Part shown: piece by piece, positions 16,814-25,046 of the stretch
Layout of the letters: the number at the start of each line of letters is the position of its first letter
Position numbering within the stretch: the stretch's first letter is position 1
DNA from: Planctomycetota bacterium
GTDB lineage: Bacteria; Planctomycetota; Planctomycetia; Pirellulales; UBA1268
NCBI GenBank assembly: GCA_046047895.1
Contig: JBJOHE010000412.1
Location: 1-45,086, forward strand
DNA: 45,086 nucleotides
Direction of reading: 5' to 3'
The notes under the pieces: model-generated
Database searches by the model: none
What the model was told of the DNA's origin: nothing
Seen by the model: only the letters and a program-made list of their open reading frames with translations
Made by a program: the position numbers and the translations under genes

Positions 16814-17801
16814 GGCCGGCGGCTGGATTCCGCCGCCGCTGCCGGCGGGCGTAGACCCCGCCAGCCAGCGCAGCGGCGACAAGCGAGATCGATGCCGGCT
16901 CCGGCACGACCGTCGCGATCCAGGCCGAGTTGGCCGGGATCGAACTGGAATAGCTGCTTGCCGGCTTGTTCGCGACGTCGGGAGTGACGTAGCTCCATGG
17001 TCCCGAGGTGCCGCCGCTTGTGCTCTGATAGAGCCCTCCGCGGTCGAAGATCGCCGCGTTGAAGCCGGTGCCCGTGCCGACCGTGTTGAAGGCCGACTCG
17101 ACCGCGTAGTTGATACCCGCGAGCTTCCACACGCCCCCTTCCTGCATGAACACGGGGCCGCCGGAGTCACCGATCGAGAGCACGCCCTCGTTGGCGGGCG
17201 TGGAATCAAAGTCGTACGAAATCTGGGGGCCGGCGGCACCGCCGTCGGCGATGGAATTGAAGTTGTTGGTGCCCCAGCTGCGGGTGCCGATCCCGGAGCC
17301 CCAGGTCCAGCCCTTGGACTCCGTGCCGCCGCCGGACGCGTTCCCGATCACGTCGGTCGTCGTGCGGGGAACGCCGCGGCCGAAGATGTACATCGACTGC
17401 CCGGTCGTGAACGAGCCCGAATACATCGGCACGATCTTGTCGCCAGGGAACGTGCCGCTGATCTGGTAGATCGCGAGATCGCTATTCGGATCGAAGAAGG
17501 CGGCTGTGGTCACATACGACGATGTGTCGGGAAAGGTGATCGACTGTCCGGTGAGGTTGCCCAGGTGCTTGGCCGTGAGGAAAAACTGGGACGAGATCGG
17601 GGTGCCCATGAAGGAATTGAAATTTCCCACCTGATCCCAGCGAGCCGCCAGGTCAGGATCGGTCGGAGCGGATGTGTTTCCCGTGGCACTGCCGTTGATG
17701 ATCACGGCCTGGCCCGGGGCCGCCGTCAGGAGCAGGCAGCCGGCCATTAGGCATGCGATCCCGCTCCGGCGAGAAAAATTGGTCGGCCCCCGGAGACGCA
17801 T
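16800..17801 (-). CDS. Secreted trypsin-like (S1) serine peptidase with a PEP-CTERM sorting tail
   Basis: Signal peptide present. The catalytic triad context is TAKH / DLAIY / GDSGGPVF. The C-terminus is VPEPASISLVAAALAGGVYARRQRRR. Its 3' end overlaps the convergent methyltransferase gene by 14 nt. Confidence 0.8.
   Translation of the reverse strand: MRLRGPTNFSRRSGIACLMAGCLLLTAAPGQAVIINGSATGNTSAPTDPDLAARWDQVGNFNSFMGTPISSQFFLTAKHLGNLTGQSITFPDTSSYVTTAAFFDPNSDLAIYQISGTFPGDKIVPMYSGSFTTGQSMYIFGRGVPRTTTDVIGNASGGGTESKGWTWGSGIGTRSWGTNNFNSIADGGAAGPQISYDFDSTPANEGVLSIGDSGGPVFMQEGGVWKLAGINYAVESAFNTVGTGTGFNAAIFDRGGLYQSTSGGTSGPWSYVTPDVANKPASSYSSSIPANSAWIATVVPEPASISLVAAALAGGVYARRQRRRNPAAGLTPA
16830..16907 (-). 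other. PEP-CTERM sorting motif of the S1 peptidase
   Basis: VPEP, then a hydrophobic helix, then an Arg cluster (VPEPASISLVAAALAGGVYARRQRRR), followed by 9 further residues. Confidence 0.75.
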
Positions 17802-17950
17802 GAGTAGGCTCCACTTGAAACGGCTGTCGGCGGACTGTGCCCGGCCGTCTGTATCTTACGGGCAATCAGAGAGGCCGCCAAACCTCGGGTCCTGACCGAT
17901 TCGTCAGCCCGGCTTTCCCGCCTTGGGGTACGCGGCTCCTCCACCGCACC

Positions 17951-18853
17951 ATGCGACTCTTTCCTTCCGACCGCTATCCGCTGCCGCTGCCTGAGGGGCA
18001 TCGGTTTCCGGCTGCGAAGTATGCGGTCCTCCGGCGCCGGCTCGAGGGGCATCGGGCTGAGGGCGTTCCGTTCGAATTCGTCGAGCCGCATGCGGCCACC
18101 GACGACGAACTCATGCGGGTGCACGACCGGGGCTACCTCGGGCGGGTGTTTTCCGGCACGCTCTCGCCGGCCGAGATTCGCCGGATCGGTTTTCCCTGGA
18201 GCCCGGCCCTCGTGGAGCGGTCGCTGCGGAGCACCGGCGCTGCCGTCGACACCGCCGCCGCGGCCCTGGATGACGGAATCGCGGCCAGCCTCGCCGGCGG
18301 CACACACCATGCCGGCACCGACTGGGGCGAGGGCTTCTGCGTGTTCAACGACACGGCGGTGGCCGCTCGGGAACTGCAGGCCCGGGGCCAGGTGCGGCGG
18401 GTGGTGATCCTCGACTGTGACGTGCACCAGGGCAACGGCACGGCTGAGATCTTCGCCGGCGACGAGAGCGTGTTCACGATGTCGATCCACGGGGCAAAGA
18501 ACTTTCCCCTCCGAAAGCAGCCCGGCTCGCTCGATGTGCCGCTCGCCGACGGCGTCGGTGACGCCGAGTATCTGGCGGCGCTCGGGCCGGCTGTGGCCGA
18601 GTCGTTCGCCCGCGGACGGCCCGACCTCGTGCTTTACATCGCCGGGGCCGATCCCTACGAGGGCGACCGGCTCGGCCGATTGAAGCTCACGAAGCCGGGG
18701 CTCCAGGAACGGGATCGGTTCGTGCTCGAGGCATGCCGGCGATCCGGTGTGCCCGTGGGCATCGTCTGCGGTGGAGGTTACTGCGATCAGATCGAGTCGA
18801 TCGTCGACATCCACGCCGCCACGATGCTCCTCGCCGCCCGGCTGCTGGCCTGA
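17951..18853 (+). CDS. Histone deacetylase / acetoin-utilisation (AcuC-like) family deacetylase
   Basis: The ATG at 17951 gives MRLFPSDRYPLPLPEGHRFP. Family motifs seen: GGTHHAG, EGFCVFND, ILDCDVHQGNG, AGADPYEGD. Confidence 0.85.
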   Translation: MRLFPSDRYPLPLPEGHRFPAAKYAVLRRRLEGHRAEGVPFEFVEPHAATDDELMRVHDRGYLGRVFSGTLSPAEIRRIGFPWSPALVERSLRSTGAAVDTAAAALDDGIAASLAGGTHHAGTDWGEGFCVFNDTAVAARELQARGQVRRVVILDCDVHQGNGTAEIFAGDESVFTMSIHGAKNFPLRKQPGSLDVPLADGVGDAEYLAALGPAVAESFARGRPDLVLYIAGADPYEGDRLGRLKLTKPGLQERDRFVLEACRRSGVPVGIVCGGGYCDQIESIVDIHAATMLLAARLLA

Positions 18854-18867
18854 AGGCTGGCCACCGT
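18845..18867. repeat. Copy 1 of a perfect 23-bp direct repeat (CTGGCCTGAAGGCTGGCCACCGT)
   Basis: Read directly from the sequence. This copy spans the last codons and the TGA stop of the deacetylase gene. It is identical to 18990-19012. Confidence 0.9.
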
Positions 18868-18917
18868 GACGGCCGGATCACCTTCCCGGTTGACAATGCT
18901 TCGCGTTGGACCCGTGG

Positions 18918-18938
18918 GGGCAGGCTTGCAGCCTGCCC
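18918..18938. terminator. Palindromic hairpin between convergent genes (possible bidirectional terminator; no U tract)
   Basis: GGGCAGGCT-tgc-AGCCTGCCC: a 9-bp perfect stem, positioned centrally between the two 23-bp repeat copies. Confidence 0.35.
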
Positions 18939-18989
18939 GAATGCGGCCCGGATTCTGCCCATCCGATGCGGCGGGGGGCCATCGGGTTC

Positions 18990-19012
18990 CTGGCCTGAAG
19001 GCTGGCCACCGT
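18990..19012. repeat. Copy 2 of the perfect 23-bp direct repeat
   Basis: Identical 23-mer located 145 bp downstream of copy 1. It ends 4 nt before the helicase stop codon (19017-19019). Confidence 0.9.
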
Positions 19013-19016
19013 CGAG

Positions 19017-20453
19017 CTACAGAGCGCGGCGGTGTTTGCTACGGCGGGGCTTGGTGGGCGTTGAGCTGGACGTGGCCGGAGCCGCTGTCCCAGCTGGCGG
19101 GGCGGCCGGCCGTGGAGGGCGACTGCGTTGCGAGCGATCGCCCATCGGGCTTCGGGCGGCACTGCCGGCCGTTGGCTTCCGACCGCGGCCGCGTCGGCGA
19201 CGACTGCCACCACCCTGCGAGCCCTGGCCGGCGGCTCCGCCGGAGCGGTTCGGCCGCGGCCGATCGTCTCCAGCCGTTTCGCTGCGGGCCGGCGGCTCGT
19301 TTCGCTGGGGGATCTCCCGCCGCAGGAGCCGTTCGATCGCATCGAGCCGCGGCCGCTCATCGGCGTCGCAGAAGCTGACCGCCTCGCCCTCCTGGCCGGC
19401 CCGGCCGGTGCGGCCGATCCGGTGCACGTAGGTCTCGGGCTCGTGCGGCAATTCGTAGTTGATCACATGGGCCACGTTGTCGACGTCGATCCCCCGGGCC
19501 GCGATGTCGGTGGCGATCAGGACGGGCGGCCGGGGCGACTTGAAGGCCGCCAGGGCCCGCTCCCGCTGATTCTGTGACTTGTTGCCGTGGATCGCGGCGG
19601 CCTTGATGCCCGCCCGATCGAGGTCGCGGTGGAGCTTGTCGGCACCGTGCTTCGTGCGGGCGAACACGATCACGCGGCCGGTCGCCTCTTCCCGAAGCAG
19701 CTGCACGAGCAGCGCCTTCTTGTCCTTGCGGGCCACGAAGTAGACCGACTGCTCGACCGTCTCGGCGGGCGTGGCCTGACGGGCGGTCTTCACCTCGAGC
19801 GGATCGCGGAGCATCGTCGAAGCGAGGTCGCGGACCTCCTCCGGCAGCGTGGCCGAGAAGAGAAGCGTCTGCCGGTCGCGGGGCAGCATCGCCACGATCT
19901 TCCGCATGTCGTGGATGAAGCCCATGTCGAGCATCCGGTCGGCCTCATCCAACACCAGATACTCCACCTCGCGGAGATCGACGAGCCGCTGGCCGACGAG
20001 GTCGAGCAGCCGGCCGGGCGTGGCCACGAGCACATCCACGCCGTGCATCATCGCCTTGGCCTGCGGCTGCTGGCCGACGCCGCCGTAGATCACGGCGGCG
20101 CGGAGGCCGACATGGCGACCGTAGGCGATGAAGCTCTCGTGGATCTGGGCGGCGAGCTCCCGGGTGGGGGCGAGTACGAGCGTGCGGCACCGCCGCGGGG
20201 CCGGCCGGCGGTCGTCGGCCCGGAGCCTTTGGATGAGTGGCAGGGCGAAGGCGGCCGTCTTGCCGGTGCCGGTCTGGGCGCAGCCGAAGAGGTCGCGGCC
20301 GGCGAGCACGTGGGGAATCGCCTTCGTCTGGATCGGTGTGGGAGTGGCGTAGCCCTCTTCGGCAAGCGCCCGAAGCAGGAGCGGGGCGAGGCCGAGATCG
20401 GCGAAACCGGGAACAGCAACGGAGGCCGGGGAAGCAGACATGGTCATCGACAT
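19017..20453 (-). CDS. DEAD-box ATP-dependent RNA helicase (RhlE-like, Arg-rich C-terminal tail)
   Basis: The ATG at 20453 gives MSMTMSAS.... Motifs seen: Q motif TPIQ, AQTGTGKT, DEAD, SAT, HRIGRTGRAG. The basic tail reads GGGSRRRRGRGRKP. Confidence 0.9.
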   Translation of the reverse strand: MSMTMSASPASVAVPGFADLGLAPLLLRALAEEGYATPTPIQTKAIPHVLAGRDLFGCAQTGTGKTAAFALPLIQRLRADDRRPAPRRCRTLVLAPTRELAAQIHESFIAYGRHVGLRAAVIYGGVGQQPQAKAMMHGVDVLVATPGRLLDLVGQRLVDLREVEYLVLDEADRMLDMGFIHDMRKIVAMLPRDRQTLLFSATLPEEVRDLASTMLRDPLEVKTARQATPAETVEQSVYFVARKDKKALLVQLLREEATGRVIVFARTKHGADKLHRDLDRAGIKAAAIHGNKSQNQRERALAAFKSPRPPVLIATDIAARGIDVDNVAHVINYELPHEPETYVHRIGRTGRAGQEGEAVSFCDADERPRLDAIERLLRREIPQRNEPPARSETAGDDRPRPNRSGGAAGQGSQGGGSRRRRGRGRKPTAGSAARSPMGDRSQRSRPPRPAAPPAGTAAPATSSSTPTKPRRSKHRRAL

Positions 20454-20789
20454 TTTCTTTCGTTCGGTCTGGAGCCTGGGCCGGCGATGGGTGGAACACC
20501 CTGAACGATCGCGGCCGCGGCAGGTGCGGAAACCGGTCGACAGTGCTGCCACAACGCTGCGGCCGAAGCACGGCGGATCCCGGAGATGGATCACTGCCTG
20601 CCGGGTGAGAGTGTCGTCGCGGGCCCTGGATTCAGGGAGGCGACCAACAGCCACGTCGAGAGATGGCGATCGCGGCGGCCGGTGTGTCTGACGCTTCGGT
20701 CAGGTGGCCGCCTTCATCGATTCCGTATCGCTGAACCCTACCACGCTGCCGCCGGCCTCGCAAGGCGAGGGCGTGGGAGGTCTGGGGCG

Positions 20790-21917
20790 TCAACGCCGCC
20801 AGAGCAGCTGGAGCGACAGGCCCGGGCCGGGATCAAACTCCACCACATCGGTGCGGCCCGAGGTGAAGTTTGTGCCCTGGAAGAGCTCGCGGTCGAAGAG
20901 CCAGGAGGCCATCGCCTCGAGGGTGAAGCCCTGGCCAAGGGTTCGCTCCAGGCCCACCGCGGCCCGCTGGTCAAACACATAGAAGCGTTCGTCGTCGACG
21001 AGTCGGTCTGCCAGGAAGTAGATCTGGGTGTCGGTGCGGTAGAAGGCCACGAACGCCCAGTCGTCACCCAGCCGCCGTCGCGCCTCGACATTGCCATTCA
21101 CCAGGGGAAAGTAGGCGGCCGAGATCGTCCAGTCGTCGTCGGGCCGCCATTCGAATGAGGCCGGCACACCGATCTTCGCCTCGAAGCTTTCGTTCGGCCG
21201 CCAGGCATAGGCGGCTCCGGGCAGCGGATAGGGCAATTGCGAGGTGGGCGAGTAGAAGATGCTGTAGTTCCATTCGTCGCGGCCGTTTTTCGCCGGCCGA
21301 TTCCAGAAGGCGATCGCCATCAGGGTCAGATCACGACCGGCGGCGAATGGCCGATCGCTGGCTGAGCCGAAGAGAAAGGTGCCCCCGAGTGTGCCGCCCG
21401 TGGCGAGCGGGCGGATGTGGGTGAGGCCGGTCTCGACGAGCCAGAACTGATCGGGCACCGGCTGGCGGGAGTCGGGGAGGATCGCGTCGGTCGAGAGTTC
21501 CAGTCGGCCGAATCGGCCGATTCCGATCCAGAGCGGGCTGCCTTCGCTCGGTGGCACGAGCGGCGCGGCCACCCGGGCAAACTGGGCGTTCATCCCCAAG
21601 GTCGCCGGCTGGCCCACGACGTCGGTGGCCGGCGCCCAGAAGCCGCCGATCGAGACGGGCGCCGCCGAGCCGAAGGGGCCGCCGCCACGGCGGCGCTTGC
21701 CGACCTCGGGCACCGGCTCGGGGTCGGCGTCGGCGATCGGCTCGCTGGCGAAGAAGTCTTCCTCGAGGTTGAACTCCACCGGCGGCAAAAGCGCGATGCG
21801 GTCGGGCGGCGGCGGCCAGGCCGCGGGCTCGGTGGCCGCCGCCACGCCAGCCAGGATGACGACTGCCAGGACCGCGCAGCCGGCCAGAGTGCAGGGCGAT
21901 TCCGCGCGGACGCTCAC
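20790..21917 (-). CDS. Hypothetical secreted, beta-rich protein (possible outer-membrane barrel)
   Basis: GTG at 21917 is preceded by AGGAGG with an 8-nt spacer. A signal-like N-terminus is present. The C-terminal 250 aa show an alternating aromatic/polar pattern (WNYSIFYSP, WTISAAYFP, WAFVAFYRTD). No family recognised. Confidence 0.6.
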   Translation of the reverse strand: MSVRAESPCTLAGCAVLAVVILAGVAAATEPAAWPPPPDRIALLPPVEFNLEEDFFASEPIADADPEPVPEVGKRRRGGGPFGSAAPVSIGGFWAPATDVVGQPATLGMNAQFARVAAPLVPPSEGSPLWIGIGRFGRLELSTDAILPDSRQPVPDQFWLVETGLTHIRPLATGGTLGGTFLFGSASDRPFAAGRDLTLMAIAFWNRPAKNGRDEWNYSIFYSPTSQLPYPLPGAAYAWRPNESFEAKIGVPASFEWRPDDDWTISAAYFPLVNGNVEARRRLGDDWAFVAFYRTDTQIYFLADRLVDDERFYVFDQRAAVGLERTLGQGFTLEAMASWLFDRELFQGTNFTSGRTDVVEFDPGPGLSLQLLWRR

Positions 21918-22029
21918 CGGTGTGACCTCCTGGCCTGCCGGTCGGGCTGGCCGACAGGGCGGGGGAGGGTAGCGGGGAGACCTGGACCGTCACAACCGCG
22001 GGATTGCCCGCGGGCGACGCTGGTTGCGG

Positions 22030-22689
22030 TCAGCTCGGGGAGCCCATTGGCCCCGGATAGCTGACTTCCTCGAGCCTGCCTGTGTCGACGTCGTAGATGA
22101 AGCCGCGGACGGTGACCGCGTCGGGGCCGGAGGTGGGAATCCAGGGATGGGCGTGGATTGCCGCCATGCCCCGGCGAACGTCCCACGAGAGCCGCTCGAT
22201 GTTGGTGCCGCTCCGCGGCGCATCGAGCGGTTCAGGCGCACCTCGGAAGGCATGGAAGGCGGGCGGGCTCGCGGAGGAGCAGCCGCAGGGCGTGAAGGCC
22301 CGTCCGGTCGCCTGGGAGAGGATGCCCGCGGCGGCCGGATCGCCCTCGAGCCCAGCCTTCAGCAGGTCGTCGGTGAATGCGAGCATGCCGCACTTCGTGT
22401 GGTGGATCAGCACGATCTCGTTCGTGTTGAGCAGATGATGCGAGATGATCAGGCAGCGGATGGCGTCTTCCGTAACCACGCCTCCGGCATTGCGGATCAC
22501 GTGGGCGTCGCCGGTCTGGATCCCGAGCAGATCCTCGACGTCGAGCCGGGCATCCATGCAGGCCACCACGGCCAGCCGCCGCGCCGGCTGGATCGGCTGC
22601 GAGCCCGGATGGGATGGCGTGTGGAGACGGTCGCCGGCCGCGTAGCGGGCATTGTGCTCGAGGCAGGTGTCGGTGGTGGATGGTGGCAT
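22030..22689 (-). CDS. Beta-class carbonic anhydrase
   Basis: ATG at 22689 (GAGGGA upstream). Zinc ligand motifs are CMDARLD and HHTKCGM. The C-terminus has [13 protein letters not shown]. Confidence 0.85.
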   Translation of the reverse strand: MPPSTTDTCLEHNARYAAGDRLHTPSHPGSQPIQPARRLAVVACMDARLDVEDLLGIQTGDAHVIRNAGGVVTEDAIRCLIISHHLLNTNEIVLIHHTKCGMLAFTDDLLKAGLEGDPAAAGILSQATGRAFTPCGCSSASPPAFHAFRGAPEPLDAPRSGTNIERLSWDVRRGMAAIHAHPWIPTSGPDAVTVRGFIYDVDTGRLEEVSYPGPMGSPS

Positions 22690-22780
22690 GGTGTGATTCC
22701 CTCGACTGGATAGGGGCTGCCGGCGTGTGGCCGAATCTATGGTCCGAGAGTCTATCGAAGTGGCCGCGGGATGCTCGGGC

Positions 22781-23278
22781 TCATGCGAGCGGGGGCAGGC
22801 CTGCGGCGACCCGGTGGCGGGCCAGTACCGTCCAGGCCGCGGGCTCGCGGCGGAGGAGGCGGGCAAGCTGGGAGGGCGTCACGGCCAGTCGCATCGCTGC
22901 GGCTGGCAGCTGCCAGCCGGCGGCTTCCAGGGCATCGAGCGCTTCGGCGACGAGGGCCGGATAGTCTTCGTGGTCGAGGGCCACCACGATCCGCCCCGAG
23001 GAGGTGCGGGCCCGCCAGAGCGGAGACGGCCCTTCGGGACTGGTCGGCTCGCGGTGTTCGAGCGCCAGCCGCAGCCGCAGCCGCCGCACGGCCACGCTCC
23101 GGTTCTCCACCTGCGAGCGGCGTTCGCTTGCTTCGGCTGAGATGCCGGTCGGTCGATGCACGAGCACCACCGCTGTCTCCACCTTGTTGCGATGCTGGCC
23201 GCCCGGACCGCTGCGGCGGGTGCGGCGTTCGTCGCAGTCGGCGAGCAGATCGGCGGCAAGAAGGCGGGCAGGGTGCAT
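22781..23278 (-). CDS. GGQ-domain (RF-1 / peptidyl-tRNA hydrolase, ArfB-like) protein with a distinct, non-basic C-terminal domain
   Basis: The [16 protein letters not shown] motif is present. With the ATG at 23278 the GGQ falls at residues 26-28, as in ArfB-type proteins. An alternative GTG at 23350 lies 9 nt after the upstream stop. The C-terminal ~80 aa are helical-looking, unlike the basic ArfB tail. Confidence 0.75.
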   Translation of the reverse strand: MHPARLLAADLLADCDERRTRRSGPGGQHRNKVETAVVLVHRPTGISAEASERRSQVENRSVAVRRLRLRLALEHREPTSPEGPSPLWRARTSSGRIVVALDHEDYPALVAEALDALEAAGWQLPAAAMRLAVTPSQLARLLRREPAAWTVLARHRVAAGLPPLA

Positions 23279-23359
23279 GATGTGGGACGCGGAGCGTGAA
23301 GCCGACGGGGCGAAAGGCCCTGGCGGCGGCGGCTCGGACGCACCGCTCACCCCGCTCGG

Positions 23360-24823
23360 TCATGGTACGCGGCGGGCCGCTCCCAGAGCGATCTGTTCTT
23401 CGCCTTGGGCGGCGATCCGCTTGATGGCGGCGGCCAGCCGGGCCTGGGCTGCAGGATCGACGGGCCGGCTGTGTGGCCCCGCCGGGTCTTGCATGTGGCG
23501 GGGCAGGATGATTCGGGAGTTGGATCGGAGCCGCTCGATCCCGGAAGGACTTGCCGACTTCAGGCCCACCAGGGAAAGCGACACGCCTGCATGCTTCGCG
23601 AGGATGGTGGCGACACGGTCGGTCACGGTGCGGATGCCGTTGAGCGACAGGTTCGGGTGGGCGATCAGCCGTTCAGCCTGGGCTTCACTCAGGAGCGGGA
23701 GCTTGTTGAGCGACAGGCCGCCGGCCCTGTGGGTGGCCAGGATCGCGGCGGCCTCGGTGGAGAGCTTTTCGACATCGTCGAGGAACAGAAAGGAAAGCCC
23801 GGCGAAGCCTCCGACGGGCGACTGGGCGGCGAGGAGCCTGGCGCGGGCTGCGTCGACCTGTCGAAGCCCCAGCAACGCGAGCGGTCCGCGATGCTGAAGA
23901 AGCGGCGTGATCGTGGAACCATCCTGGTCGTCATCCAACCGCACGAGGAGCGAGCCCGCGTGTCGGCCGAGCGCCTCGGCCGCGAGCCGCTCGACGCTCA
24001 GCGATTGGAGAATGAGCGGCCCAGTGTGGCGTGATAGATGAATCGCCTGTTGGAGCGGCAGCAGCCGAAGCTCACGGAGGCAGAGGTGGCCCGTGCGTTC
24101 GCCGAACGCCGCCGCCGCGCCAGTTTCGAGCACGGACACGTCGTGGACGTGCAGCCTGCCTGGGTGCCGGGCGAGGTGCCGGGCGGCGGCGGCCTCGAGC
24201 GAAAAGCTGCCCCCGAGATGGAGATCGCCGCGATGGAGCGAGAGCGCGGCTGCGACGTCGGAGGGGAGGCTCTCCAGGCCCTCAAGATAGAGTTCGTGGC
24301 TGTTCCGCGCGAGGCCGACCGCCATCGGGGGCGACAGGTTCGCGACCCTGTTGAAGGAGAGCTCCCCCGGGTGTGCGCCGAGGTGCCAGGCGGCATTCAT
24401 CGAGAGCCAGCGGATGCCGTTGAAGGAAAGCCCACCGCCGACGCTTCCGGCGAGGCACTCAGCCACGCTGTCGGTGATCCGTTCCAGTCCGTCGAGATAG
24501 AGGTGGCCTCGATGGCGGGCTAGTTCACGGGCAACCGAGAGCGGGAGCCGCCGCAGTCCATGGAGGTAAAGGTGGGTCTTGTAGTGCCCAAGCCGGGCGG
24601 GATCGGCGACCCCTGATTCCTCCGTCGCGGCGGCGTGATCCAGCGTGAGATGGCCGAACGTGCCTGCAACGAGCGTGTCGTGGGAGCGATTGACAAGCCC
24701 ATCGCCATCGCTGGTGACGGGCTGGTGGTAGAGGTCCACGAGGGAGCGGGCCCGAATAGGGTCGAGGTGGCGAATCGTGCCCGTTTCCGACCTGAGCGAA
24801 TACTCCTCGGTGAGTCGTCCCAT
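23360..24823 (-). CDS. Tandem-repeat (LRR-variant-like) solenoid protein, about 15 units of 22-24 aa, no signal peptide
   Basis: ATG at 24823 with AGGAG and a 6-nt spacer. The LRR frame has a TGA 69 nt upstream. The repeat unit reads approximately xLxLxGLxxLxxxxAxxLaxHxG (for example HLYLDGLERITDSVAECLAGSVGG and ELYLEGLESLPSDVAAALSLHRG). Confidence 0.75.
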   Translation of the reverse strand: MGRLTEEYSLRSETGTIRHLDPIRARSLVDLYHQPVTSDGDGLVNRSHDTLVAGTFGHLTLDHAAATEESGVADPARLGHYKTHLYLHGLRRLPLSVARELARHRGHLYLDGLERITDSVAECLAGSVGGGLSFNGIRWLSMNAAWHLGAHPGELSFNRVANLSPPMAVGLARNSHELYLEGLESLPSDVAAALSLHRGDLHLGGSFSLEAAAARHLARHPGRLHVHDVSVLETGAAAAFGERTGHLCLRELRLLPLQQAIHLSRHTGPLILQSLSVERLAAEALGRHAGSLLVRLDDDQDGSTITPLLQHRGPLALLGLRQVDAARARLLAAQSPVGGFAGLSFLFLDDVEKLSTEAAAILATHRAGGLSLNKLPLLSEAQAERLIAHPNLSLNGIRTVTDRVATILAKHAGVSLSLVGLKSASPSGIERLRSNSRIILPRHMQDPAGPHSRPVDPAAQARLAAAIKRIAAQGEEQIALGAARRVP

Positions 24824-25046
24824 ACAAGTCTCCTGGGGTGTGCGGGCTTCGTGCGATGAGCCGCCGATTTGCCCCCGCGACGAGCGACCTCACGGCGGCG
24901 ACCAGGCGGCTGATCATCTCGCTCGCCCCCAGGACGAACGCCTCTTCCTTGAGCCCGGTCCGCTCATCGTCAAACACCCAGCAGCTGCCGTTCAGGAGGT
25001 AGGGATAGAGCGTCAGAAGCCGCTCGCGAGCGAGGGGATGGGGCAT
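24824..25046 (-). pseudogene. Small ORF whose first ~74 codons look genuine, then run out of frame into the repeat-protein gene (possible 3'-truncated remnant)
   Basis: ATG at 25046 with GGAG and a 7-nt spacer. The N-terminus (LYPYLLNGSCWVFDDERTGLKEEAFVLGASEMISRL ... RLIARSPHTPG) resembles, from memory, a ~110-aa bacterial family with a WVFDD..GL..EPFV.G..MI motif. The frame has no stop until 24525, and everything past ~24823 is Arg/Pro/Trp-rich junk. Confidence 0.35.

Noticed and set aside
16019-17239. 407-aa N-terminal extension of the SLC13 permease ORF (track ORF 14141-17239).
   Set aside because: The extension is Arg/Pro/Ser-rich and overlaps the well-supported methyltransferase and S1 peptidase genes. 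The transporter sequence begins cleanly at the ATG at 16018.
17747-18814. 355-aa minus-strand ORF.
   Set aside because: It is antisense to the deacetylase gene, which has clear family motifs.
18890-18895. TTGACA hexamer in the convergent intergenic spacer (possible -35 box).
   Set aside because: No -10-like element lies at 16-19 nt spacing, and there is no downstream gene in either orientation to be driven.
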